Source of the DNA: Blastocladiella emersonii ATCC 22665
Taxonomy: Eukaryota; Fungi; Blastocladiomycota
Direction of reading: 5' to 3'
DNA length: 64,000 nt
NCBI GenBank assembly: GCA_025594325.1
Contig: JANHCV010000001.1
Span: forward strand, 1,488,001-1,552,000
This document shows, piece after piece, positions 10,058 through 22,748 of the stretch (position 1 is its first letter; each line of letters starts with the position of its first letter). The notes beneath the pieces were generated by a model. That model had not been told where the DNA came from. It searched no databases and saw only the letters and a list, made by a program, of their open reading frames with translations. The translations under genes were made by a program, and so were the position numbers.

Positions 10058-13000
10058 CTACCACCACGGACTCCCCGCGGCCGCCGCCGCCGCCACGCGG
10101 TCGCGCACCGTCGGACTCGCGTCGCCCGCGAGCGCGTCGCGCGCCGTCGCCAGCGCGCGCACCAGCGGGCCCGCCACGTCGGCTGACAGCTTGACCGCCG
10201 TCGCAGTAGTAACCGGGGATTCGTGCACGGCTGGTCTCGGCGCTGCTGGTGTTGGTTTCGCCGCGGCAGCAGCCGTGTTGCTGAGACTCCGCGGCCGCGG
10301 GATCGACGCGACGACGGGCGACGTGACCGTCGAGCTGGGCCTGGACACGAACGCGATCCCGCCGTCGTCCTCATCCTCGTCCTCCTCCTCGCTATCCGAG
10401 TACGGCGGCGGAAGCGGCGGCATCGCGGGCGCGCCGACAGGCGTCGCCGCAGCGAGCGCGTGGATGACGGTCGCGCCGTTGAACGCGGCGGCGATCTGCA
10501 TGCGGACGTCGAGCACGGTGTCGCGCGCGAGCGCGACGGCCAGCGACGCGAGGTCGTTGGCGAGCGCCAGCGGCGCCGTGGCGTCGCGCCGCAGCGCCGC
10601 GTGCACGCCCGCGTCGGACCCCGTGGCCGCGGCTGCCGCGACGGGGAGAAGGTGCGCGACGGCGGCGGCGGCGGCCATGCGGTCGTGGAAGTGTGTCGAC
10701 TCGGCGAGATGGACGAGGCGCGCGGCCACGTCCGCGAGGAGAGGCGCGGGGAGCTGCGCCGTGACGAACGGCAGGCGTTCGGCGGCTTTCGCGCGGACGG
10801 CTGTCACGGGGTCGGCGAGCAGAGCGAACAGCGACGGGGTGAGCGCGGTCCAGGCCGCGTGCACCGGGTCCACGATCTCTTCATCCGCCTCCACCTCCGC
10901 GAGGACGTGGTCGGGCATCGACGCGGCGGCCGGCGACGAGACCGCGGCGGGCGCCTCGGCGGCCGTCGGGGGCAGGATCGAGCCGTTGACCTCGCCGTCC
11001 TCGAGTCCGGCGACGGGCGACGTCGGCGCGCTCGTGCTCTTGGTGGTACGGGCGCGCGCCACGACGCCGGGCCGCAGGTACAGCTCGAACCACGACGGCA
11101 GCGCGCGCGCCAGGACGAACCGCAGGTGCCAGTTCGGGTGCGCGGCGAGCAGCGCGGGCGCACGGAGCAGCTCGAGCGGCATGTCCGCCGGGTCGAGCTG
11201 CGCGAGGATCCCGGGCACCTTGGCGTACAGGACGGCCTTGGTCTATACCGATGAAAATGTCAGCAACGGCTCTTGGACCACATCGCGAGAAAGCGTACCT
11301 GGTCGTCCTCACGCTCGAGCCAATCGACGAGCACCGGCACGAGATCCCCCGCGACCGCGGACCGCGGAACCACACGCGCGAGTACGTCAATGGCCGCAAT
11401 CAGCGGCCGGCGGACGTCCATGAGCGGGTCGCGCGCGAGGTGGACAAACACCTGGCGGAACCGCGCGTGCCACCACGCCGTCGGGAGCACCGCCGCCATG
11501 CCGGGCAGCGTGAACGCGGACCGCGCCATGCGGTCCGGGTCCTTCCACTTCATGTCGGCGAGGCAGTACCGGTCGAGAAACTGGTCGGGCACGCGGTCCG
11601 GGAACGCGGCGCGTCGCGGGAGTGCGGCGAGCGGCGGGCCCGGGCTCAGCGCGTCCGGGTCGCCCGCGTCCAGCGCTAGGTCCATGGCGAGCGGCGGGCG
11701 CGCCGCGTCGGCCGCGGACTCGGCGGCGTGCTCGGCCGACGTCGCGGGGCGGAGCGAGTTGAGGATCTCGCCGCTGGCCGCGGTCGCGGGGGCAGCAGCG
11801 TCATCCTCCTCGGCGGGCGAGTCGGACGCGAACGCGAGGATACACCGTGCGAGCCCGCCCTGCATCGCGTCGCGGACGTTCTTGCTCGGGTCACCCAGAA
11901 GACCCGACACGATCTCGGCACCGGGCCCCTGGCGGAGCCGCCACGGCATCGCCTCGATGACGGCGGGCACCGACTCGGCCGCGCGGCGCCGCGTCACGTA
12001 CACCTTGTCGGCCGCAACTGTACGAAGAAGCGGGACGACGGCCGCCTCGATGACAGCGGGGGCGACGGGGACACACGCCGCGACGGCCGCCGCCGCGCCG
12101 GCGCGCACCGCGTTGCTCGCGTGCGCGGCAAAGTTGCGCGCGAGGAGCACCGTGAGCCGCTCGCGCTCGCGCGGGGAGAGGCCGCGCGCGACAACGGGTT
12201 CGGCGAGCAGCTCGAGCACGGCTGCGTGCACGTCCTCGAGCCGCTTGGCGGGCGACGGCGGTGCGGTCGGAGTCACGGCGCCGCCGCCGCCGACGTGGCT
12301 GAGCGAGTCGAGCTGGCCGAGACTGCCCGAGAAGCCGAACCCGCCGGACCCGAACCCGCTGCCGCCGAGAACGAGACCCGACCCGCCCGCGCCGCCCGAC
12401 GCGGGCTGCTCGTGTACCGCGCCGAGCTGCGTCAGGTAGAAGAGCAGGCTGCGCAGGTGCGGGTCGCTCGCGGTGCCGTAGCTCGGCGTCGTCGTCGCGT
12501 CGCTGGCCGTAGCGGCGGTCGTGGCGGAAATGGGGGTATCGGGAACGACAGCGGCCGCGGGATCCTCGTCGGACGACGACGCGTAGCCCGATGGCACGGG
12601 GACAGGGACCGCGCCGGCGATCGCGAACAGCGTCGCGGCATCGGGCGGGGTGCCCGCGGCGACGCTCGCGGCGAGCGTGGGCGAATTGAGCGCGGCGAGC
12701 CCGTTCGCGGGCGTGGCGGTGGTCGCGGCGCTCGCACCCGAAGCTGCGGCCGCAGCAGCCGCCGCCGCCGCCGCTGCGGCGGGATGTGGTGGCAGCGACG
12801 GCGTGAGCGACGTGAACCCGGCGGTGGTACTCGCGGTCTCCTCGGCGGCCGCCGCCGTGGGCGTCGCGGGGGACGCGATCCCGGCCGCGGGATCCGCGGC
12901 GCGCTGCTTGTAGTTCTGGGTGTGGTCAATGAACCGCTGGTGCTTGGGCTGCATGCGCGGTGACATGGGTTTGGCGCCGAGGTGGGTCAGGCTGCCGTTG

Positions 13001-14711
13001 GCGCTGCCGGTCGGCGAGGTGGTGGTGCCCGTGGTAGCCGCTGCCGCCGCAGCTGCCGCGGCGCTGCTCGATGCGGACGCTGCGGCCGCGGCCGCGTTGG
13101 CGGCAGTCAGGGCGTGGTCAATGAGCTCCTGCGCGTGCTCGGGCGTCATGCTGAGGAGGCGGAGACACCAGTCGGCAATGTGGCGGCCGAGCCCGACGGC
13201 GGCGGCGTGCTGGGCGCTTGTCTCGACGGCGGGCCCGCGCGACGCGGTGCCGGCGTTGGCGCGCGAGGCGGCGGACGGGTGGTGGCTCGCGAGGTGCGCG
13301 GGGTCATGGGCGAGGACGAGGGCCTGGACGAGGTGCTCGTGGGCGAGCTCGGCGATGCGGCGGACGGGATCGACGAGGAGCGGGAGCAGGGCCACGTTGA
13401 GGAGGTGCATCGGGAGGTACGCGGGCACGGCGGCCGAGTCGTCGAGCGGGACGAGAGCGCGGTCCGGGTCGTCGAGCGCGAACGGCGCGGCAGACGCCGA
13501 GAGCGGCGGGCTTAGCAGGCCGGTGCCGTTGAGCGACGTGGACGAGGCCGAGGTCACATCGTTGGGGCGGTACCACCGCAGGTCCTGCGGGGTCGACATT
13601 TGCAGCAGCGAGACGCAGTGTGACGGCGTGAGTGCATCGTTACGGCCGCCCGGAGCACCGGCGGCCGCGGCGTTGACGGCGAGCGACTGGTTGGCCATCC
13701 ACTCGATGAGCGAGTCGGTCGACTTTGCGCTGGTGACGGGCGGCGCGGCGCGGGCGGCGGCGTAGGCGCACAGGACGTCCGAGATGCCCGTGGCGCATGC
13801 GGTGCGGACATTGGCGTCGGCGTCGGTGGCGAGGGCGTAGACGCGGGCGAGGGTGTCATTGAGGGTGGACTGGCGGGTGATGCGCGGGAGGATGGTGGCG
13901 AGCGAGCGGGCGAGGAACATGCGGTGCGCGGTCACGGACGAGTTGGCGTACTGGCGCAGCTTGTCGGCGGGGCGCAGGTACTCGATCTGCTCGAGCGGCA
14001 CGTAGTGGTCCGGGATCACGACCACGTCGGGCATGTTGCCCTCGTCGCCCGACGCGAGCGCGGTGCCGAACCCGCCGGGCGCGGTGCTGGTGGTGCCGTT
14101 GAGGAACCCGCCGCCGGTGCCCGAGGACGAGGCGGTGCCGGCGGCCGGGTGGTCGGCGTCGCTGTCCGTGTCGGCGATGCGGTCGCCCGGGTGGGTGGCG
14201 ACGGGCGCGTTGCGGGCGGCGAGGGCCTTGGCGATGGCGTCCGAGGCGTTTGGCGGCATGGGCGGGTGCGCAAAGGGTGGCGGAGGGGTATTGAAGGCGT
14301 TGCCGGTGGCGGTGCTGGCGGTGACGGCAGGTGAAGGGGCGACCGAGGGCGGCTGCGACTCGACGGCGATCTCGTCGTCGTCGTCAAAGAAGCCGAGGTC
14401 TACGCGCGTGCGGAATCGTTCGCTTTAGTACGAGTCGGGCGGACGACGCGCCGTGCAGGTGTGGGGGTGGCGCGGTCTCACTCGGAGGTGGCTCCGAGTC
14501 TCGGTCGGCCCACATGGTCGGCGGGACAGCGGCCACGGTGACGGCAGCAGGAGGCGCGCGTCGCGAGGCAAGTCTCTGAGACCGCAGTCGGCGCTTTCGA
14601 TTCATTTCATTTCATCGTTCGTGCATCATCCATCCGAGTCCGAGCATAGAGCAAGAAGAACCTGAACGAGGGCCACCCCCACACGCGCAACAAGAGACGC
14701 GTACCAGCCAT
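10058..14711 (-). CDS. PPP4R1: Protein phosphatase 4 regulatory subunit 1 (HEAT repeats)
   Basis: Exon 1 is ATGGCTG (14711-14705) in a CCGCCACCATGG context. Intron 14704-14400 is followed by DLGFFDDDDE. Motifs LRQYANSSVTAHRMFLARSL and PDQFLDRY...AFTLPGMAAVL...W...F..LARD...VRR match PP4R1 from recall. A second intron lies at about 11298-11243. Confidence 0.8.
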
Positions 14712-15772
14712 GGTGGCGGCAGATGGCGGGAGAGCGCGCGCCGAGGCCGGTGCGATCAGAGCGGGCACGGCTGTAGTGGCGGCGACCGTCGGGCGCGGGC
14801 GTCGTCGTCGTCGTGGCAGGGCGGGTGCCGAGGGCAAGAGTGGATGCGCGAGTGGGAGGAGGGTTGGACGCGACGCGCAAGGTGCATCGGAGGCAACGGA
14901 GCAGGGCGCGGCGGGTGGTGTTGACGGCCGACGACGACGGACGGGGTACACGCGCGCGAGGAGGAGAGTGGAGCGAGCGTCAGTGGCCGGGTCCGACAGG
15001 GAGGAGGGGAGGAGAAGAATCGACGCGCGCGCTGAGCCGCAGCGGCAATCCAATCCAGGTGCGCCAAGGTTTCGTTCCTGGAGCGCTTCCGCTCTCACGC
15101 GACACACGACTCACGGCTGCTCGCGCTCGGTGCAGCGATGGGAAGGAACGGCCGCAACAGGGGCAGGGTGATCGAGCAAGGGCGGATCGCCGGGACACGC
15201 ACACGACGGCGCGGCGGCAGGGGAGGGGCGAGCGCGCCGGAAGAGGCGTCGGGTCGGGCGCGCGGCGTGCGGGTAGTTGTTGCAATGTAGATGCGCTCTC
15301 AAGAGGTTGCGAGGCGGAGCGGAAGCAGAGGCGAGGCGGGCCTTGCATTCGGGCGTGTTGTGGCGTAGCGCCTGGCGTAGCGCCGCCTTGGCCACCTCGC
15401 ATCGCTCTCCTCCCGGCTCGCGCCGTGGCCTCCGTGAGGACCGTCAACCGATCCGCCCTCTCCCACGCGCCCGATAAATCCTGGCCGCGGCCGTGAGGCG
15501 TGGGCGGGGTCGAGGGCGTGGAAGGGAGGGCGGGGGAGACGTGAGGCGGGCCACCGCGGCGGCGGACCCAAAACGCGTTTTGGCGCGGTCAGCTGGGCGC
15601 ACGCGGTCTGAGCAAAACGAGGTGCCGGTCCCACAGCGCGGCCCGTCCCTCTCCTCGCGCCGCTCTCCTCCCCCTCCCTCCCCTGTGCATACACCCAACC
15701 CCTCGCTCTTGCAACGCATCAACAAACCGCCCCACACACGCCTGCAATCCGCTGCACACACCGCATCACCAC

Positions 15773-18307
15773 ATGTCCCTGCTGCGGCCGCCCGGATCGA
15801 CCGCGCCCTCGACCAACGGCGCTGCCGGCCCGCCCGCCCCGACCTCCTCGCTGCCCGCCCCGGCTCTCGCTGGCGGCGCCGCCTTCAACCGCAGGGAGAG
15901 CCTGATCCCCTCGTTTGGCGCCTCGACCGCCACCGCGTCCGCCCTCCGACCGCCCTCGTCGGGCCTCGCTGCGCCGTCCCGCGTCCCCTCAGTCGGCAAC
16001 GGATCTGCTGCCACTGCCGCTGCCGCTGCTGCCGCCGCCGCGTCCGCGCCACCACTGAGCGCGCAGAACCGCGCGCCACGACCCGTCACCTCCGCCGCGA
16101 CCGCCCCCGGCACGGGATCCCTCGCGCGCCCTGACCGGCCGCGCAATACGAGCGCCGAGGGCACCGCATCTGGCTTTGCCCGATCCACCAACATGTCTGG
16201 CCGCGGACCCAACGGCGAGCCGCCGTCCAAGCGCGCCCGCTCCGTCGGCGGATCTTCGTCGTCATCGTCGGCGGGCGCCTCGCGCACCGCGCTGCCATCG
16301 GGTAGCACCGGTGCTCCCGCCTCGGGCATGCGCCGGCCTGGGACCGTTGGTGTCCCGCGCGCCGTCGGCTCCAGTACAATCCCGCCGCGCACCGCCGCCT
16401 CGCTCGCGGCGCGCCGCGCGGGCTCGGGGACTCCTGATCTGCCGCCAAGTGATGCCTCCGGCACGAGTGGCAACAGCAAGTCGCAGAAGCGCGCCCTCAC
16501 CGACACGAGCGGGCGGATCGCCGACCTCGAGCGTGCTGTCGAGACCCTCGTCAACAGCAACATGCAGGCGCGGTCGCAGTCCGAGACCATGGCCGCGCGC
16601 CTGCACCAGGCGACCGCCGAGTCGGCCGAGCTCGCCGCGCAGGTGCGCGACCTGCAGTCGTTCCGCGACACGCTCGAGACCACCATCTCCGACAAGGATC
16701 GCGAGCGGTCCGCCATGGAGGCGGAGCTGGCGCGGCTGCGCGCCGACAACGCTGCGCTGCAGGACGCGCATCGCGCGCAGCTGCGCGCCCACGAGTCCGA
16801 GTTCCAGCAGCAGGTCCGCGACCTCAAGCTGCGCGTCCAGGACCTGACCCGCGCCAATGCCGACGTCCAGGCCAAGCTCGACGCCGCCAACCAGCAGCGT
16901 GCCTCGCTCGAGCAGGCGCTCCAGTCGTCGACCGCCAACGCCCTCGCCCTCCAGGCCACCAACGCCGGGCTCTCGGCCCAAATCACCGCGCTCGGGTCCA
17001 AGCTCACCGGCACCGAGTCGGACCTCTCCAACACGGCCGCGCAGCTCGACGCCGCCAATGCGCGCGTCGCCGACGTCGAGGCCAAGCTGCGCGAGGCCGA
17101 GACCGAGCGCCGCCGCCTCCACAACGAGATCCAGGAGCTCAAGGGCAACATCCGGGTCTTCTGCCGCGTGCGCCCGCTGCTGTCCAAGGAGGCCGAGCGC
17201 GGGAACATGGCCAACATCGCGTTTGGCGACAAGGGCGACTCGCTCGAGCTCGTCGACCAGCAGAAGTCGGCCGACGGCATGCGCACCGTGCCTAAGTCGT
17301 TCCCCTTCACCTTCGACAAGGTGTTTGGCCCGGCGGCGACGCAGGCGGCCGTGTTCGACGAGATCGCGCAGCTCGTGCAGTCGGCGCTCGACGGGTACAA
17401 CGTGTGCATCTTCGCCTACGGCCAGACCGGGTCCGGCAAGACGTTCACCATGGAGGGCGCCACGGGCAACGAGCTGGTGGCGTCGCCCGTGTCCACGACC
17501 GGGTCCGGGATCGGCGACCTCGAGATCGGCAACCCGTACGCCGACGACGCGCGCGGCATGATCCCGCGCGCCGTCGACCAGATCTTCGCCACGGCGCGGG
17601 ACCTCGCGCCCAAGGGCTGGACGTACGCGTTCGAGGGGACGTACCTCGAGATCTACAACGAGACGCTGCGCGACCTGCTGTCGCCCGACGTCGGCACCTC
17701 GGACGCGCGCAAGCTCGAGATCCGGCTCACGCCCGACGGCAAGGCGATCCACGTGCCCGACGCGACCGTGGTGCCGCTGCGCACGCCCGGCGCGGTCCGC
17801 GACATGCTGCAGCGTGCGGCGCGCCACCGCAGCGTCGGGGCCACGCTCATGAACGACCGGTCGTCGCGCAGCCACTCAGTCTTCACGCTGTCGCTCACGG
17901 GCAACAACTCGATCACGGGCGAGGCGTGCGAGGGCCGCATCCACCTCGTCGACCTCGCCGGGTCCGAGCGGCTCGGGTCGTCGGGCGCCACGGGCGACCG
18001 GCTCAAGGAAACGGTCGCCATCAACAAGTCCCTGTCGGCGCTCGGCGACGTGATCATGGCCCTCGCCAAGGACGCGGCCAACGGCGGCGACGGCAAGGGC
18101 CATGTCCCCTACCGCAACTCCAAGCTCACGCACCTCCTCCAGTCCTCGCTCGGCGGCAACTCCAAGACGCTCATGTTCGTCAACGTGTCCCCGCTCGCCG
18201 CTAGCACCAGCGAGACGCTCAACTCGCTCCGGTTCGCCGCCAAGGTTAACAAGTGCGAGATCGGGACCGCGCGCAAGAACTCCAAGGCCACGGGCGGCGG
18301 CAAGTAA
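15773..18307 (+). CDS. KAR3: Kinesin-14 (Kar3/KlpA/Ncd) C-terminal motor
   Basis: Low-complexity tail, coiled coil, ERRRLHNEIQELKGNIRVFCRVRP neck, GQTGSGKT, SSRSH and DLAGSE. Confidence 0.95.
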   Translation: MSLLRPPGSTAPSTNGAAGPPAPTSSLPAPALAGGAAFNRRESLIPSFGASTATASALRPPSSGLAAPSRVPSVGNGSAATAAAAAAAAASAPPLSAQNRAPRPVTSAATAPGTGSLARPDRPRNTSAEGTASGFARSTNMSGRGPNGEPPSKRARSVGGSSSSSSAGASRTALPSGSTGAPASGMRRPGTVGVPRAVGSSTIPPRTAASLAARRAGSGTPDLPPSDASGTSGNSKSQKRALTDTSGRIADLERAVETLVNSNMQARSQSETMAARLHQATAESAELAAQVRDLQSFRDTLETTISDKDRERSAMEAELARLRADNAALQDAHRAQLRAHESEFQQQVRDLKLRVQDLTRANADVQAKLDAANQQRASLEQALQSSTANALALQATNAGLSAQITALGSKLTGTESDLSNTAAQLDAANARVADVEAKLREAETERRRLHNEIQELKGNIRVFCRVRPLLSKEAERGNMANIAFGDKGDSLELVDQQKSADGMRTVPKSFPFTFDKVFGPAATQAAVFDEIAQLVQSALDGYNVCIFAYGQTGSGKTFTMEGATGNELVASPVSTTGSGIGDLEIGNPYADDARGMIPRAVDQIFATARDLAPKGWTYAFEGTYLEIYNETLRDLLSPDVGTSDARKLEIRLTPDGKAIHVPDATVVPLRTPGAVRDMLQRAARHRSVGATLMNDRSSRSHSVFTLSLTGNNSITGEACEGRIHLVDLAGSERLGSSGATGDRLKETVAINKSLSALGDVIMALAKDAANGGDGKGHVPYRNSKLTHLLQSSLGGNSKTLMFVNVSPLAASTSETLNSLRFAAKVNKCEIGTARKNSKATGGGK

Positions 18308-18408
18308 GGCGAGGCGGGGTGTCGGGTCTGTTTTGTCGTATTGGCTCTAATGTAAACGCGTTTCTCTCACGACGATGGTGGCTCGAGTGAAGACAATGAT
18401 ACATTCCG

Positions 18409-18849
18409 CTATCCACGGTTGAGCGCCTTGCGCTTGGCTTGCTACACACAGCGTACCCCGATGTCAGCGGGACGTGCCGCGGGCGATGGTCGCGCAACAG
18501 GCGAGCGTACCCACTCCTTCTTGCAGTTCTGGTAGTCCTGGAACAGATCGTTGCAGATCTTGCGGTCGTACGCGTACGTCTCGAGGCACTACACTCGTCC
18601 AGCGAGGCGCGCGCGCGTCAGCCTACGAGGCGCGATCTCAAAACGCAGCAGCAGCTGGACCTTGAACGACTCCTTGGCCTCAATCCGGCAGTACTCGTTG
18701 AGCGACGGGAACTTGCCGTCAGCCGTCGCGTCCTTGACCGACTCGCCCGACCCGGCGCGCCGCACGGGCGCACGCGGCGCGGCCGGCGACCGGTAGCCCG
18801 ACGGCGTGCCGTTGCCGGTAGTGGGATTCGGGGTCTCGGTAGCGTTCAT
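18409..18849 (-). CDS. COX23: Twin CX9C mitochondrial IMS protein, Cox23-like (3 exons)
   Basis: Spliced CRIEAKESFK|CLETYAYDRKICNDLFQDYQNCKKEW|QAKRKALNRG* contains two CX9C motifs. Confidence 0.85.
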
Positions 18850-20614
18850 GGTTGGGTGCAGGACTTGGGGAGCGAGGGAGGGAGCGGAGCTGCGATGGAC
18901 CAAATTTGGTTTTCTCAGGTGACCGCGCCGATCGCACGTGGCGTTGACCAACGCGCTGCGCGGTGTGCTGCGGCAGGAACCCCGCTCGCCGGCCTGCTCC
19001 CCAACCGTTGTACATGAAGCACTTCACGAATTGGGGACTCGTGCCGCTGCGTCTTCGATTGGCTCCGCCGGCACCGCGACCAGGGCCAGCTCGGCGTCAA
19101 CGTGCTTGATCCGGCTCGCTCTCCGCTTTGCCCTGCACGCCCGGAACGCCGAAAGGCTGTGGGTGCGAAAGGCTAACTTGCACTCTCATTTTATGCGTTA
19201 CGGTTGTGTCGGGCAGCTTACCCCACACCGCTCGCGGAGTTGGATTTTGAACCCGGCGGCACGCAGCGACGAGAACCCGGCCCACGCTCACAAAGCGTAC
19301 ATGAGCAGCCTCCGGGACCTCCTAGGTGGCGTGCACGCGCGGCTCGTCGGTTCACCCAGGAACTATCGCCTGCCAGCTTCTGTCAGGGTCTCGGATCGCC
19401 CTGACGAGCGGTGTGGATTTGCAGGCGCGCGTGGAAGAGCCACATACTTGAAATCTCGTGTGCGTGAAGTCGCAGATGTGTGCGCACGGCAGCTTTGCTT
19501 ACAGCGCAACGACACGCAGGCATCTTCGAATCGCGCGCTGCGGTGATCGTGGTGTTGATCGCCATAGTGAACGCGATGATTTTTTGTCGGAGAGCGTCGA
19601 TGCAATCAGTTGGGCGCGTGCGCGGGCTCGTGGATCAAGGTGCTTCAAGAGAGGCTTCGAAACTTGAATATGAAGCAAACCAATTGTGAAGGGGGCCGCC
19701 CATGGTCCTCGAAAACAGTTCGAGCTCCGGACGAATCGTAGGGAGCTCGTCGCGTTAGCGAGCCAAGTGATCATATGGAAGGACGAACAAGGTGTGTAGG
19801 AATTGCTGAGCCTTGTTTGCCGAGGATCACGAAAGCAAAGAGGGACGGGGCCTTTGCAGCAAAAGAGTCGTCCTGTGATAAGCGGCGCTGCTTGGATTGG
19901 GCGGGCCGTGCAGCGAAATATGGCAGGACGTGGGACGCGAAGCGCCACAGTGTGACGATCAAGCGAGGCGGCGACCTCGCGTCTCCCGCTCTCGCACGCT
20001 GGGCGACAGCCAGCGGCTCGGCCGTCCGCATCTGGGCCAGGTTTGCCGCGTGCCCTTGGCCACGAAGAGGGCTATTCGTTAAGAGCGGATAGTGTATGGG
20101 CCGGGTCGACCCTCTGATGGTAATTGATGCACTCGTGCAGCACCAGGCTGAATCGGTGGGCCTTCCCCTTCCCTTTTGTCGTTTTGCCCCCTCGCACGTC
20201 TGTAGAAGAACAGTAACCTCAAGCTTAAATTGTATTCATACTCCGATTTTTGCGTGCGCTGAGCAATCGTCGAGTCAGCGAAATCCAAACGGTCGACTGA
20301 TGCGCGACCAGTCGACTCGTTGCGTTACACGAGTCCTGATTCGAACACTGATGCGAAGCGGAGAATGATCGGCCTGGCGCAATAAAAGCTCGATTATGCA
20401 AATTCATAGAGAAATATTATAATCAATAGAAAGGAGGAGGGAGCGAAAAGGTTGTACGACCAAGCTCCAACAATTACGCACCCCGTCGTGTTCCTGGCTG
20501 AGCCGTAAAAGCGACGGCTGCGCTGCTAGCGTGTTCCATTAGGATTCAGAGCGTGTCTATAAAAGTCAGGACAGGATCTTCTTGGCACGCTATCACAAAC
20601 CCCCACCACGCGCG

Positions 20615-22394
20615 TTACGTGACGTGGGACGGCGAGGCTTCAGTCCCGGTCGCGCCCACGACGACGTCCACGCCGCCGACGATGAGCGTGCGCAAATTCG
20701 ACGCACGCACTCGCTTCTTGAGCGCATTGAGAGCTGAGTTCGAGATGTAGCTCGTCACCAATCGCTTGAGGTCGCGCGGGAGCCAGGTCCCCAGAGCACG
20801 CACGGCCATCTCGTAGAGCGAGCCAAAAATCTTGCCGTCGCAGAGGACGAGGCCGCTCAGGTTAAGCGACGTGAGCGCGGGCGGAAGCGAAGAGAGCAGG
20901 ACTGCAATCTCCTCGCACACCGGCAGGCGGAACGCGGACCAAGGTTTGGCCCAGCAACGGCAAGTTGTTGCGTGGTCGGTGCGTTTCTCGAGAACCGCGC
21001 GTGCCGCACGGGTGAGGACGGGGAATCCCGACGCGGCAACGATCGCGGTAGCCGCTGTTGTGGTGGCGCGGCGCGTCGCCGCGGTTTCGACGGGGTACTG
21101 AATAGAGCATGTGAAGTTGCAGCCAGCGAGGTTGAGCTCCGTCAGACCATGCGGGAGGCCTCGCGCGAGGGCGCGCACGGTGCCCAGGTCAAGCTTGGCG
21201 CCAGCAAGTGAGAGGGTCTTGAGCGAGGCCGGAAACGGCCATGTCGGCGGCGGCGGGGAACCGGCGGGCTTGCCCGAACCACCGTTGACTCGAAGGTTGC
21301 TCCCGCCGAGGTCGAGCGATGTGAGCGTGGGCGGTAAGTGCTCAATCATCGCGGTCAACATGGCCGCGTTGAGTTTGCTCGAGTACAGGCTAAGGACCTC
21401 GAGACCCCGCGGAAGCGCACGGCCGATGGCCTTGGCCGTGCTCGGGTTCTGCAGGGTGCAATGCTCGATGCGAAGCTTGCGCAAGTGCGAAAGTGAGCCG
21501 GTGTCGGTCGGAAGCAGGCGAGGCACGAGCGACGCGCGCAGCCACGCAAACTTGATCGTCAGCTCACCGAGGTGCTCGGGCCAGCGCACGCGGCGCATCA
21601 TATCGTTCCAGGGAAGCCACTTAAGCCAGAAGCTCGCAACCTCAACTCGAAGAACCGAGCCGGGAAAGTCCACGTCGAAAAGCCGCTCCAGGTCGAGTGG
21701 GCAGCGGGCGAGGACGATGGTATGGATCGATTTCACGGGTTTGCCGTTGTCGGTGCGTCCCGCCATGAGAGCGTTGAGCTCGGAAACCGCGCGGCGAGTC
21801 AGCACAAGCCCTGAAAGATCGAGCTCGCAATCGCCCGAGCTGCCCATCAGCTGGCGATGAATCTTGGCCTTGATGTTGGACCACCCAAGCGGAAGCTGGG
21901 ACGTCTACACGCGCGTCCATCGTCAGTTCGATGTGTAGGGTGCCCTCTGATCGTCAAAGAGAAACGTACCAGTGGCTCAAAGAAGCCATCCGAGAAGCCG
22001 ATCGGGTCTTTGGCGCACACGCCGCCGATGGCAGCCTTGAGCTGCGCCGCCGCGCCATAGTCACGCCAAAACTCGAGCGCGCTGAGGTGACGCTGGAACA
22101 TGACATCCTCGAGCGCTTGACGTGAGCACGAAACTGAGGATCCGAGCTCGGCCAACTGCGTAAGCAGTCCGACCATGCCCTTTTCAGTCGCCCGGCCTTG
22201 GTCTACGGGTCTCGAGAGACGCTTGAGAAGCACGCTGTGTACGCGGGAATGGCCTCACGCGACATGACACGCGCGTATTGATGCATCGCGCCGAGGTCTG
22301 GTAGCCCGCCGCTGTGGAGTTCGATGGCGCGGACCAGGACCTCCTCAATGACCAAGGCGGGGAAGTGCGAGGAGTGGCTCGCCATATTTTGCAT
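20615..22394 (-). pseudogene. LRR (RNI-like) protein with F-box-like/ankyrin-like N-terminus; frameshift near 22235
   Basis: FPALVIEEVL start; one-base frame break (IPAYTA / VLLKRL); HLSALEFWRDYG; one intron (~21968-21905). The long exon has LPxxLxxLxL repeats (LPRGLEVLSL, LPPTLTSLDL, FPASLKTLSL, LPHGLTELNL, LPPALTSLNL). Confidence 0.7.
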
Positions 22395-22748
22395 GAGCTT
22401 ATCGTAGTCTAAGAGTGCTTATTAAACAGCGAGAGTAGACAGGCGCGTGCGCGAAGACGCACCGCGACGCGTAGGAGGAGGGGAGGGAAACGTGTCGCTC
22501 AGCATCACCTGTTTTCCACGTGATGTCTCGCAAGTCGCGTGTCTCACGTCCGGCCACGATGACGGCCCTCGAGTGGTTTCCATCAGCGGTGTGGGCCTGC
22601 TGGGCCCGCCGTGCATTCAACTCCATCCGCGCTTGTAGTTTAGGTGTGCCGGAGCCGGGCGGTTTGAGCCGACGAGTCTCAGTCACCACTTCTCAGCGAA
22701 GAAAACTATGGTTCATTACGTGATCCACGGATATGCGATGAGAATCCC

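Noticed and set aside
11260-14259. PPP4R1 starting at the ORF-track Met 14259
   Set aside because: The frame stays open upstream to an AG at 14400, and a Kozak ATG with a GTACGC donor at 14711-14704 gives the MAD start.
14800-15770. Coding gene between PPP4R1 and KAR3
   Set aside because: Only GC-driven, motif-free ORFs; best read as divergent promoter/UTR sequence.
19230-19330. tRNA or SRP RNA on the minus strand
   Set aside because: GGTTCAAAATCC is one base too long for a T-loop and no cloverleaf forms. A GGGTGAACCG match to SRP is not followed by the helix-8 motif.
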